A stretch of 64,000 nucleotides of DNA from Thermoanaerobaculia bacterium (GTDB lineage Bacteria > Acidobacteriota > Thermoanaerobaculia > Multivoradales > JAHEKO01): positions 4,776 to 68,775 of the forward strand of contig CALZKB010000004.1 in NCBI GenBank assembly GCA_945787575.1, read 5' to 3'. A program made the position numbers and the translations under genes. A model generated the notes under the pieces. It made no database searches and had not been told where the DNA came from. It was given only the letters and a program-made list of their open reading frames with translations. Shown one piece after another: positions 45,307 to 54,030 of the stretch (its first letter is position 1; each line of letters starts with the position of its first letter).

Positions 45307-47351
45307 GAGGCCTCGCACCCCTGCGCGACATCTCCATTCGTTGGAAGCTCGCCGGATTGATCACTCTGGTGAGCGGAATCGCCCTCATCGCGGTGGCTGC
45401 CGGGCTGCTCCTGCAGGACGCTCGCTCATTCCGAACGGCGTTCACACGGCAGATCTCCACCCTCGCCGACATCGTGGCCACGAACAGCGAAGTCGCTCTC
45501 CTCTTCGACGACGAGAAAGCCGCGGCAGAGGTGCTCGAGTCCCTCGCCGCGGAGCCGCGAGTGCTCGTGGCCATCCTCTACTCACGTGACCAAGTGGCCT
45601 CCGCCACCTATTTCAAGGAGGAATCGGCGACGCGCCTCTCCGACAGCTGTCGCAGCCCAGGCTCCGGGGAAGATGCCGAGCGCAGTATTCTCTCGATCAG
45701 TCGGGACATCGTTTGGCTCGAGGAACCGATCGGGCGCCTGTGCTTGGTCGCCGGCACCGATGAGCTCAACGCACACCTGCGTCGCGGCCTGAAGGTGACC
45801 GGCTTCGTGCTACTGGCGGCGATCGCTGCAACCTTCCTACTGTCGATGGTTTTCCAGAGAGTCCTGTCACGGCCCATTCTGGAATTGGCGGGCGCGGCAC
45901 AAGCGATCGCCCAGAAGGACTACGACGTGCAGGTCCCGGCACGGGCCAACGACGAGATGGGCTCTCTCGCGCGGACCTTCAATCGCATGGTGCGAGAGAT
46001 CAAGGCACGCGACGTGGCCCTCGTGGACACCCAGATCGAGCTCGAGCGCCAGGTCAAGGAACTGAATCGCGAGATCGCCGAACGTGAACGCGCCGAAGAG
46101 GCGCTCCAAGAGAGCGAGGAAGCTCTCCGCCAAGCCCAGAAGATGGAAGCGATCGGTCTTCTCGCCGGCGGCATCGCTCACGATTTCAACAACCTGATGA
46201 CGGCGGTCCTGGGCTACAGCGATCTGATCCTCGAAGGTCCGAACCAGAGCGAAGAGCTCAGACTTCAAGCCCGACAGATCAATGCCGCGGGAGTCCGAGC
46301 GGCGGACTTGACCAAGCAGCTGCTGGCTTTCTCGCGGAAACAGATTCTCGACCCCGAGATCATTGACCTCAACGGGTGCGTGACCAAACTGCGAGACATT
46401 ATGGAGAGACTCATCGGCGAGGATACCGTCTTCAAGTTCGACCTCTCGCCCGATCTCGGCATGCTACGAGCCGACCTGTCGCAGATCGAACAGGTCTTGC
46501 TCAATCTCGTCGTCAATGCCCGCGATGCGATGTCGACAGGTGGCACGATCGAGATCTCGACCTCGATGGGAGAGCGCACCTCGGGCCTGTCACCGGCCAG
46601 GTCCGGGGAGACGAACGGCCGCTGCGTGAAGCTCTCGGTCCGCGACACGGGCTGCGGCATGGACGCCGAGACTCAGGAGAAAATCTTCGAGCCCTTCTTC
46701 TCGACCAAAGCCGCAGGCAAGGGCACGGGACTCGGGCTATCGACCGTGTTCGGCATCGTCAAGCAGAGCGGCGGTGAGATTGTGGTGGATAGCATGGTCG
46801 GTGAGGGCACCACTTTCACCGTGTGCCTTCCAGCGGTAGCTTTGGACACCGCTCACCAAGACAGTCCTCCGGTTGGACTCGCAGATGGCCCTGACCCGTG
46901 CGGCGAGCCAAGGGCCGAAGCTCGATCATCGGCAACGGTCTTGGTGGTCGAAGATCAACCGACGGTCAAGAATCTCGCCGTTACCACGCTCGAGTTGGCG
47001 GGCTACACGGTGCTCGCGGCCGCGGACGGCGAGACCGCCCTGGCGCTGAGCCGTAGCTACCCGCAGCCCATCGACCTGCTGCTTACCGATGTCGTCATGC
47101 CAGGAATGAACGGCTGCGAGGTGGCCCAGCTCGTTACGGCAGATCGCCCCGAGATGTGCACTCTCTTCATGACAGGCTACGCCACTCGGGACGTGGTGAG
47201 CCAGGGTGTTCTGGTCGACGGCGTAGATCTTCTTCACAAGCCCTTCTCACCAAGCGAGCTGCGGCAGCGCGTGATCCGTGCGCTGCGCGAGCGAGCAGTA
47301 GGCGCCGAGACCCATCGCCCCCACGCCGGGCGTCCTTCTCGAAGTCCCTAG
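45303..47351 (+). CDS. hybrid sensor histidine kinase / response regulator with CHASE8-like N-terminal sensor and HAMP
   Basis: ATG 45303 overlaps the yfiR-like stop (ATGA). Domains in order: TM plus sensor region, HAMP (..[17 protein letters not shown]), HisKA ([17 protein letters not shown]), HATPase ([16 protein letters not shown]), C-terminal REC ([21 protein letters not shown]). Confidence 0.88.
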   Translation: MRGLAPLRDISIRWKLAGLITLVSGIALIAVAAGLLLQDARSFRTAFTRQISTLADIVATNSEVALLFDDEKAAAEVLESLAAEPRVLVAILYSRDQVASATYFKEESATRLSDSCRSPGSGEDAERSILSISRDIVWLEEPIGRLCLVAGTDELNAHLRRGLKVTGFVLLAAIAATFLLSMVFQRVLSRPILELAGAAQAIAQKDYDVQVPARANDEMGSLARTFNRMVREIKARDVALVDTQIELERQVKELNREIAERERAEEALQESEEALRQAQKMEAIGLLAGGIAHDFNNLMTAVLGYSDLILEGPNQSEELRLQARQINAAGVRAADLTKQLLAFSRKQILDPEIIDLNGCVTKLRDIMERLIGEDTVFKFDLSPDLGMLRADLSQIEQVLLNLVVNARDAMSTGGTIEISTSMGERTSGLSPARSGETNGRCVKLSVRDTGCGMDAETQEKIFEPFFSTKAAGKGTGLGLSTVFGIVKQSGGEIVVDSMVGEGTTFTVCLPAVALDTAHQDSPPVGLADGPDPCGEPRAEARSSATVLVVEDQPTVKNLAVTTLELAGYTVLAAADGETALALSRSYPQPIDLLLTDVVMPGMNGCEVAQLVTADRPEMCTLFMTGYATRDVVSQGVLVDGVDLLHKPFSPSELRQRVIRALRERAVGAETHRPHAGRPSRSP

Positions 47352-47375
47352 GCGCCTTGGCCCGCGAGCGGACGT

Positions 47376-47403
47376 GAAAAGACCCGGGCGCAAAGCGCCC
47401 GGG
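47376..47403 (-). terminator. rho-independent terminator of the SD-repeat protein gene
   Basis: 9-bp GC stem cccgggcgc-aaa-gcgcccggg (47383-47403). On the minus strand it is followed by UCUUUUC (47376-47382) and lies 25 nt after the stop. The plus-strand side has no U-tract. Confidence 0.7.
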
Positions 47404-47428
47404 CCGGTGTCGTGGATGGCTCGGTCGA

Positions 47429-49270
47429 TCAACGCTGGGGGAAGAGCTCCGAGGTGTCGCAGTCCTGAACGATCATGCCGCCGCCTTCGCCCTCCACGCA
47501 CGCCTCGTTGTTGAAAGCCTCCCAAACCGGCTGCACCGTGCAGATGTAGACCTCGACGCCGCCGACCGGGAGGATCGCGAAGAACCGATCGCAGTCGGGA
47601 AGCAGCGGGTCGCTGACCGTCACGTTGATCAGGTCGACGTCACCGATGTTGGAGACCGCGATCTCGAAGTCGACGGGGCCGAAGGGATCCTCCTCACGGA
47701 AATCGGGTCCCTCCTCCTGCTTGCGGATGTCGATCGCGGGATCGCCGGCCTCGATGATCACCTCCGAGGGATCGCAGTCCATCACCATGACCGGGTCGCA
47801 GACGCAATCGCTGTCCGAATCACTGTCGGACCCGCTGTCGCTGTCCGAACCGCTGTCGCTGTCCGAGCCGCTGTCACTGTCCGAGCCGCTGTCGCTGCCG
47901 GAATCGCTGTCGCTGCCGGAATCGCTGTCGCTGCCGGAATCGCTGTCGCCCGACTCGGTCGTGCCGCCGCTTCGGAAGCTGTCGCTCCCCGAATCGCTGT
48001 CCGAACCGCTGTCGCTGTCCGAGCCGCTGTCGCTATCTGAACCGCTGTCGCTGTCTGAACCGCTGTCGCTGTCTGAACCGCTGTCCGAATCGCCGTCGCA
48101 GGAGCATTCCGAATCGGAGTCGCTGTCGCTGCCGGAGTCCGAGCCGCTGTCGCTGTCGGAACCACTATCGCTGTCGGAACCGCTGTCGCTGTCCCCCCCC
48201 CTCGCGCCAGAAGAGTAGCTTCCGGTCGCGCCACCGCTTTGGAAGCTGCCGCTGTCCTCGTCGTCGCAGTCCTCGCTGTTGTTGTACTCGTCCAGCTCGT
48301 CCTTGATCGCCAGGGCTTCCTGCCTGGTCGCACCGCTTGGGTCGCTTCCGGGCGGATACAGGGCTAGAAAGGCATCCGCTTCGTCCACGACCGGCTGAAT
48401 CGACGGGTCTGACCCGGACGCCAGGTTGAGCTTGGTGGCGGTCAAGTGACGGGCGAGCTTCAGCGTGGCGTCCGAGCCACCGTAGTTCAGGAAGGCGAGC
48501 AGCTCGCTCATGTCGTAGAGGACGCCTCCGATCTCCAACTCGTGGACCGGCCAGTCGGACTCGTGATTCTTCCAGTAGCCGGGCGTTCGTGGACAGAAAC
48601 CTCCAGCCGGACCTCCTGAGAATCCGACGACACAGGCCTCGTTGATGAAGCTCTCCGTCACCCCCGGCGCGACGCAGACGTAAGCAAACCCGTCGCCGGC
48701 GGCAAGATCGCCGATCAGCTGGTCGCAGTCCGGAACGAGAACATCAGTGACCACGACGTCGGAGAGATCCGTGCTGCCGATGTTGGTGACGACGATCTCG
48801 AACGGAACGTCGCCTGCGGGCAGCGTCCGCGAGTCGTCACCTTCTTCCTGCTTGCGGATGTCGATGGCCGGCTCCGGCTCGTCACAATCGGAGTCGGAGT
48901 CGCTGTCCGAGTCGGAGTCGCTGTCCGAGTCGCTGCCGCTGTCAGAGTCGCTGTCGCCGTCCGATCCGCTGTCGCTGTCGCTGCTGGAATCACTGTCGGT
49001 CTCGGTGGTACCGCCGTTTCGGAAGCTGTCGCTGCCCGAGTCGCTGTCGCTGCCCGAGTCGCTGTCCGAACCGTCGCAGCCCGAATCGCTGTCGCTGTCG
49101 GAGCCGCTGTCACTGTCCGAGCCGCTGTCACTGTCGGTCTCGGTCGCACCCTTGATCTGGGTCCCGAAGGAACCCTGCCCCTGGACTGTGTCTGGCACCA
49201 TCCAGACGACCACAAGTAGAGCCAAACTCAGCGTCACCAGTAGCTGGATCGGACGACGCATACGGGCCAT
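47429..49270 (-). CDS. secreted, highly acidic Ser-Asp(-Gly) repeat protein with two DUF11/'conserved repeat domain'-like modules and a central GYWKNH domain
   Basis: 613-aa ORF with GGAGG RBS 5 nt before ATG 49270 and signal peptide [33 protein letters not shown](G) blocks at aa 43-130 and 359-488. Duplicated [33 protein letters not shown] modules. Confidence 0.85.
   Translation of the reverse strand: MARMRRPIQLLVTLSLALLVVVWMVPDTVQGQGSFGTQIKGATETDSDSGSDSDSGSDSDSDSGCDGSDSDSGSDSDSGSDSFRNGGTTETDSDSSSDSDSGSDGDSDSDSGSDSDSDSDSDSDSDSDCDEPEPAIDIRKQEEGDDSRTLPAGDVPFEIVVTNIGSTDLSDVVVTDVLVPDCDQLIGDLAAGDGFAYVCVAPGVTESFINEACVVGFSGGPAGGFCPRTPGYWKNHESDWPVHELEIGGVLYDMSELLAFLNYGGSDATLKLARHLTATKLNLASGSDPSIQPVVDEADAFLALYPPGSDPSGATRQEALAIKDELDEYNNSEDCDDEDSGSFQSGGATGSYSSGARGGDSDSGSDSDSGSDSDSGSDSGSDSDSDSECSCDGDSDSGSDSDSGSDSDSGSDSDSGSDSDSGSDSDSGSDSFRSGGTTESGDSDSGSDSDSGSDSDSGSDSGSDSDSGSDSDSGSDSDSGSDSDSDSDCVCDPVMVMDCDPSEVIIEAGDPAIDIRKQEEGPDFREEDPFGPVDFEIAVSNIGDVDLINVTVSDPLLPDCDRFFAILPVGGVEVYICTVQPVWEAFNNEACVEGEGGGMIVQDCDTSELFPQR
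47807..48196 (-). repeat. coding tandem repeat (SDSGSD units, 12/18-nt periodicity), block 2
   Basis: The plus strand reads ..ctgtccgaaccgctgtcg ctgtccgagccgctgtca ctgtccgagccgctgtcg ctgccggaatcgctgtcg x3 .., i.e. near-identical 18-mers in tandem. Confidence 0.9.
48881..49144 (-). repeat. coding tandem repeat (SD / SDSG units), block 1
   Basis: The plus strand reads ..tcggagtcggagtcgctgtccgagtcggagtcgctgtccgagtcgctgccgctgtc.., encoding aa 43-130 of the SD-repeat protein. Confidence 0.9.
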
Positions 49271-49372
49271 ATCAACCTCCTCGCCAGAGACGTTCGAAAC
49301 GAACGACTCTAAGTTGTTGTGAGCGTTCCCCTCTATTCAGAACGAGCATTATACGAAATCCATCAAACGCTG

Positions 49373-49404
49373 TGAAGTATTTCATAGTGAGCAGACATCA
49401 CTAT
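49373..49404. promoter_or_regulatory. adjacent palindromes in the AT-rich region upstream of the SD-repeat gene (candidate operator)
   Basis: TGAAgTAtTTCA (49373-49384, 10/12 palindromic) abuts ATAGTGA-gcagaca-TCACTAT (49384-49404, perfect 7-bp arms). Confidence 0.35.
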
Positions 49405-49458
49405 ACCTCTATTTCAACTCCGACAGCTGCTCGAAAAACCCAAAACGAGCTCCGATCG

Positions 49459-51081
49459 TCATTTCCCAAATCGCTCGACAAATGCCGCCGTCGCCGCCTC
49501 GCCACCCGCGATGAAGACGGAGTCGGCTTGCGCGAAGCGGAAGTCGGGACCAAACTCGACGAGGATCTCGTCCCCGCGCTCGACCGCGACGACCGAGCTT
49601 CCCGTCTTCGCGCGGATCCCGAGATCGGCCGGATGATGACCGACGAGGCGGCCCGGGAAGACCTTGAGGACTCTCAGCTCCTCGTCGAGGGCGATCGCCT
49701 CCTCACCCAAGAGGCGACGAGCCAGCAACTGCCCGGCGACTTGGCTGATCGACAGCGCGAAGTCGGCACCGGCAGCGTGAATCCGCTCTACGTTCTTGGG
49801 ACTGTTGACCCGGGCGATGATCGGAACTCGGGGCGCGAGATGGCGCACGATCACCGTGGCGAACAGTGTCGCCGGGTCGGAGTCGAGCGCCAACACCACG
49901 GCCTGCGCGGTTCGCACCTCCGCCCGTTCGAGCACGCTCGGATCGAGCACGTCGCCGACGACATCGGCATCCGGCGCCGACTTGTCGACAATCCGGACAG
50001 GCTCTCCGGCGTCGCGCAACAGCTGTGAGACCTTCCGGCCGACTTCGCCGTGACCCGCCACCACCACCGGCGTCGCCGCCTCCCTCTCCCCCCCCGAGCA
50101 CTCGCTGACAAAGGCGTCCAGGTTCGCGGCTTCCCCCGCCAGGACCAGGATTCCGTTGGGCTCGATCGTGGCATCTCCCGAGGTTGTCGGCGCCAGCCGT
50201 CCACCGATCCACTGACCGAGCACGGTGACGCCGGTGCGCCGACCGATGTCCGCCGATTTCGGTGTCATTCCGGCAAGCAAGCTCGCCGGTCCGACGCGCA
50301 CCTCGCGGATGTGGAGGTGGCGCCCGAGCTGCTGAGTCCCGGAGACGACCGCACCCAGGCGACGGCGCGCTTGCGCGGCGAGAGCTGCCCCCAAGACGTG
50401 GCGGGGGGAGTAGGCGGCGGTCGCTCCGGCGAGCATCATCGGCTGGCGGTGGACCGGTTCCTCGACGAGGGCGATGACCTCACCGCGACAGGCAAGCTGG
50501 CGCGCACTCAAGATCACGGCTGCGTTCTCGTGGTCCTGCCCGTTGGCGATCAGGGTCCGAGCCTCCTGGATCGATGCCCGTTCGAGGACGCCGTCCTCGA
50601 GACGGCCTGAGATCACCCGTCGCCCGGCTTTGAGCAGGCTTCTCGCAAGCCCTTCGTCGGGCTCGATCACGAGGCTCTCGATTCCGGCGCGCTCGATCTC
50701 TCCGAGGAGCGTCGCCACCGCCGGTCCCGACCGGTAGATCACGAGGTGGTCCCTCATCGGTCTGGCCTCGGTCGGCACCTTCGACTCGAAGCGCTCCTCC
50801 AGGAAGGGAATCAGGTAGATCGGGAAGATCAGAAAGATGATGCAGACGCCGGCGAACTGCCAGAGGATGACGAAGATCGCCATCGCGGGGTGAGTCCAGG
50901 TCGAGTCTGCGCCGTAGCCAGTCGTCGACAGGGTCTCCGCCGCCCATCCGAGACTCCTCCAGAAGCCACGTGGCGTGCCCTCGAGGTACTGCATCCCGAG
51001 CATGTAAAGGGCAGCGACCAGCACGATGAGCACGGGAACCGCGACGATGAGGATCAGCAAGCGCTGCTGGCTCTTGACCAT
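49459..51081 (-). CDS. 2-TM K+ channel with tandem RCK (TrkA-N/TrkA-C) domains
   Basis: Likely start ATG 51081 (MVKSQQRLLILIV); the ORF extends to 51174. Pore signature ETLSTTGYGA. Second RCK has VVVAGHGEVGRKV (GxGxxG). Two TrkA-C-like segments. Confidence 0.8.
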   Translation of the reverse strand: MVKSQQRLLILIVAVPVLIVLVAALYMLGMQYLEGTPRGFWRSLGWAAETLSTTGYGADSTWTHPAMAIFVILWQFAGVCIIFLIFPIYLIPFLEERFESKVPTEARPMRDHLVIYRSGPAVATLLGEIERAGIESLVIEPDEGLARSLLKAGRRVISGRLEDGVLERASIQEARTLIANGQDHENAAVILSARQLACRGEVIALVEEPVHRQPMMLAGATAAYSPRHVLGAALAAQARRRLGAVVSGTQQLGRHLHIREVRVGPASLLAGMTPKSADIGRRTGVTVLGQWIGGRLAPTTSGDATIEPNGILVLAGEAANLDAFVSECSGGEREAATPVVVAGHGEVGRKVSQLLRDAGEPVRIVDKSAPDADVVGDVLDPSVLERAEVRTAQAVVLALDSDPATLFATVIVRHLAPRVPIIARVNSPKNVERIHAAGADFALSISQVAGQLLARRLLGEEAIALDEELRVLKVFPGRLVGHHPADLGIRAKTGSSVVAVERGDEILVEFGPDFRFAQADSVFIAGGEAATAAFVERFGK

Positions 51082-51233
51082 CGCCGGGATTGTACCGGTC
51101 CTGTCTCGTGGGGATGCCTCCCGCGACCTGTCGGGCGCCATGTCCGCTCGAGCGAGTCCCCCGTGGACGCTCACCGCCTCGACCTCCCTGGCGCCTCGCG
51201 GCGACCGCCACGAGCAGCTGCTACCCTTTGGCC

Positions 51234-51608
51234 ATGGCGGTCCGGCTCGACAAGTGGCTCCAGGTCGCCCGCATGTTCAAGACCCGTAGCCAGGCGACCA
51301 AGGCGTGTCAGCTCAATCGCGTACGGGTCAACGGCGCATCGGCCAAGGCGCATCGACCGCTGGCGATCGGCGACCGCGTGGAGGTCGAGAGGGGCGACTG
51401 GGTGAGGATCCTCGTCGTGCGCGAGCTCGCCGACCGCCCGTTGCCCAAGACCGAGGCACCGAGAGTCTACGATGAGGTCGGTCCCCCTCGACCGCCCGTC
51501 GATCCGATCGCCCGCCTCCGGCGGCGGCCCGCGGCGCAGCGCGAGCCCGGCCTCGGACGGCCGACCAAGAAGCAGCGGCGTGAGCTCGATCGCTGGCGTT
51601 CTTCTTGA
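51234..51608 (+). CDS. hslR: S4-domain RNA-binding protein (Hsp15/HslR-like)
   Basis: ATG 51234 inside ORF 51090..51608. MAVRLDKWLQVARMFKTRSQATKACQLNRVRVNG is the S4 alpha-L motif. Basic C-terminal tail. Confidence 0.75.
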   Translation: MAVRLDKWLQVARMFKTRSQATKACQLNRVRVNGASAKAHRPLAIGDRVEVERGDWVRILVVRELADRPLPKTEAPRVYDEVGPPRPPVDPIARLRRRPAAQREPGLGRPTKKQRRELDRWRSS

Positions 51609-51630
51609 GCCCGCCAGCTGCTCGTGGCAG

Positions 51631-52719
51631 CTAGAAGAGGGCGAGCTGCTCGACCTTGCCGGGGACCAGAGTCGAGCCACCGACGCCGAGCAGCCGAACC
51701 GGCCGCGAGCCAGCCGCCGTCTTGGCCAGGAGGAGGCGGGCGACCCGGCGAAGGGTCTCCCGGTCGGCCGTCGGTGCGGGTAGCGTCTGCGAACGGGTGA
51801 CGGTGGTGAAGTCGGAGTAGCGGACCTTGACCACCACCGTGCACGCCGCGATCTCGCGCTTCGCCAGCCCGGTGGCGACCTGCTCTGCGAGTCGGTCCAG
51901 CTCACCGAGGATCCGCGCCGGATCCTCCAGGTCTCGCTCGTAGGTCCGCTCGCTCGACAGGCTCTTGCGCTCGCGGTCGGTGCGAACCGGACGATCGTCG
52001 ACACCGGCCGCGAATCGGGCGAGCCGCCGGCCGTAACTCCCGAGCAGGGCCTCGAGGCGCAACGGGTCGACGGCTCGGAGCTGGGCGACCCTCTCGAATC
52101 CGTGCTTCTTGAGCCGTGCCTCGGTCGCGGGGCCGACCCCCGGCAGAGCCCGCACCGGCAGAGGATCGAGAAAAGCTCGCACCTTGCGGGGGCTGATCAC
52201 GGCCAGCCCGTCCGGCTTGTCGGCGTCGGACGCGATCTTGGCGACCAGCTTGGATGGACCGACACCGACACTCACGGTCAGCCCTCGGTCGGCGCGGACC
52301 CGGCGACGGATCTCCCGAGCCACGCCCGTGGCGCTACCCCATCTACCGAGATGTTCGGTGACGTCGAGGTAGGCCTCGTCGATCGAAACGACCTGCACGG
52401 TCGGAGTGAACTCCCGGAAGATGGCGAAGACCTCGGCGGACTCGCGCCGGTAGCGGGGGAAGTCGGGCTTCAGGAACACGGCTCCGGGGCACAGTCTGAC
52501 GGCCCGCGCCGCCGGCAACGCCGAGCGGACGCCGAACGCCCGCGCCTCGTAGCTGGCGGCGGCGACCACCCCTCGACCCTCGGGCGATCCGCCGATGACC
52601 ACTGGCTTGCCGCGGAGCGCCGGGTCGTCCCGCATGTGCACGGCGGCGTAGAAACAGTCCATGTCGCAATGCAGGATCCGCCGAATCGGCGGCGACTCGC
52701 TGTCGGTCGTTGCTGGCAT
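51631..52719 (-). CDS. dinB: DNA polymerase IV (Y-family)
   Basis: 362-aa ORF with ILHCDMDCFYAAV, SIDEAYLDV and GVGPSKLVAKIASD motifs. Confidence 0.92.
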   Translation of the reverse strand: MPATTDSESPPIRRILHCDMDCFYAAVHMRDDPALRGKPVVIGGSPEGRGVVAAASYEARAFGVRSALPAARAVRLCPGAVFLKPDFPRYRRESAEVFAIFREFTPTVQVVSIDEAYLDVTEHLGRWGSATGVAREIRRRVRADRGLTVSVGVGPSKLVAKIASDADKPDGLAVISPRKVRAFLDPLPVRALPGVGPATEARLKKHGFERVAQLRAVDPLRLEALLGSYGRRLARFAAGVDDRPVRTDRERKSLSSERTYERDLEDPARILGELDRLAEQVATGLAKREIAACTVVVKVRYSDFTTVTRSQTLPAPTADRETLRRVARLLLAKTAAGSRPVRLLGVGGSTLVPGKVEQLALF

Positions 52720-52782
52720 TGATACTCTGTGATCTCTAATCCGGGATGCCCCGCGTTCCGTCTGGCTCTCAAGGAGGATTCG

Positions 52783-53370
52783 ATGTTTTCACGGCTCGCC
52801 ATTCGTCGTCTCGCCCTCGCCGGCGTCCTGGTCGTCGCTCTCCCAGGCTGTGGCTACAACCGACTGGTGGCCCTCCAAGAAGCCGTCGAGGGCGCCTGGA
52901 GCCAAGTCGAGAACGTCTATCAGCGTCGCGCCGATCTCATCCCCAATCTCGTGGCGACCGTCAAGGGTGCCGCCGACTTCGAGAAGGAGACGCTGACTCA
53001 GGTCATCGAAGCGCGATCGAAGGTCTCGCAGATCAACTTCGAGAACGCGCCCACGGCGGAACAGCTTCAGGAGTTCCAGCAGGCCCAGGACGGGCTGTCG
53101 TCCGCGCTCTCCCGACTCCTCGTCGTCGTCGAGCGCTATCCGGAGCTCCGAGCGACCGACGCTTTCCGCGACCTCCAGGCTCAGCTCGAGGGAACCGAGA
53201 ATCGGATCACCGTCGAGCGCGGACGGTTCAACGAGGCGACTCGCGACTTCAACACGGTTCGCCGGCAGTTCCCGACGATCATCACCTCCAAGATCTTCGG
53301 TTTCGAGGAGAAGCCGTATTTCGAGGCTGTCGAGGGGGCCGAGACGCCTCCGGTCGTCGACTTCCAGTAG
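52783..53370 (+). CDS. lemA: LemA-family protein
   Basis: AAGGAGG RBS, then ATG 52783. N-terminal anchor/lipobox-like LPGCGYN. WSQVENVYQRRADLIPNLV and ..RFNEATRDFNT.. LemA signatures. Confidence 0.88.
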   Translation: MFSRLAIRRLALAGVLVVALPGCGYNRLVALQEAVEGAWSQVENVYQRRADLIPNLVATVKGAADFEKETLTQVIEARSKVSQINFENAPTAEQLQEFQQAQDGLSSALSRLLVVVERYPELRATDAFRDLQAQLEGTENRITVERGRFNEATRDFNTVRRQFPTIITSKIFGFEEKPYFEAVEGAETPPVVDFQ

Positions 53371-53373
53371 CCC

Positions 53374-54030
53374 GTGGCAGTCCGAGATTACTTTCGCGAG
53401 GCGGAGCTCGAAGCCGTTCGCGACGCGACCCGTGAGGCGGAAGGCCGCACGTCGGGAGAGTTGGTGTGCGTGATCGTCGATCGATCGGACGGCTACGAGG
53501 AGGCGAAATGGCTGGCGGCGACGCTCGGCGCTCTCCTCGGCACTCTGTTGATCGCTTACGGGATCTACGCGGTCGAGTCGTGGCAGCCGTCGCTCTTCGT
53601 CTGGATCGGTCTCATCCCCTTCGCCACCAGCGCCGGGGGCTGGCTGCTCGCCTCGGCGGTGCCGGCCGTACGGCGTGAGCTGGCAGGTTTCGCGACTCTC
53701 CAGGAGCGGGTGCACCAACGGGCGGCGGCGGCGTTCGTCGAAGAGGAGATCTTCAACACGCGGGAGCGCACGGGCATCCTGATCTTCGTCTCGCTCTTCG
53801 AGCGCCGAGTGGAGATCCTCTCCGACGAGGGAATCCGGCGCACGGTGCCGGACGAGGCGTGGCAGTGGATCGCGCGGGAGCTGGCGGCGGGCATCCGAGA
53901 CGATCGCGCCGGAGAGGCGCTGGTGGCGGCGGTCCGGGCCTGCGGCGATCTCCTGGAAGAGCACGGCGTCGCGAAAGCGGCCGACGACGTCAACGAGCTC
54001 AGCGACGAGCCGAGACTCCCGGATGCGTGA
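53374..54030 (+). CDS. TPM-domain-related membrane protein (COG3762-like)
   Basis: GTG 53374, 3 nt after the lemA stop. ..EAEGRTSGELVCVIVDRSDGY.. followed by two TM helices and a ..TGILIFVSLFERRVEILSD.. TPM-like segment. This is the usual LemA neighbour. Confidence 0.6.
   Translation: MAVRDYFREAELEAVRDATREAEGRTSGELVCVIVDRSDGYEEAKWLAATLGALLGTLLIAYGIYAVESWQPSLFVWIGLIPFATSAGGWLLASAVPAVRRELAGFATLQERVHQRAAAAFVEEEIFNTRERTGILIFVSLFERRVEILSDEGIRRTVPDEAWQWIARELAAGIRDDRAGEALVAAVRACGDLLEEHGVAKAADDVNELSDEPRLPDA

Noticed and set aside
47625-49322. Plus-strand ORFs 47625..48218 and 48747..49322 ([12 protein letters not shown] repeats), minus-strand alternative-frame ORFs 47782..48333 and 48715..49215 (TATA/RTAT-type repeats), and the idea that the periodic DNA is a CRISPR array.
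   Set aside because: They are other-frame or antisense readings of the SD-repeat gene. That gene alone has an RBS, signal peptide, non-repeat domains and a terminator. The repeat units are 12-18 nt and contiguous, without unique spacers, so this is not a CRISPR.
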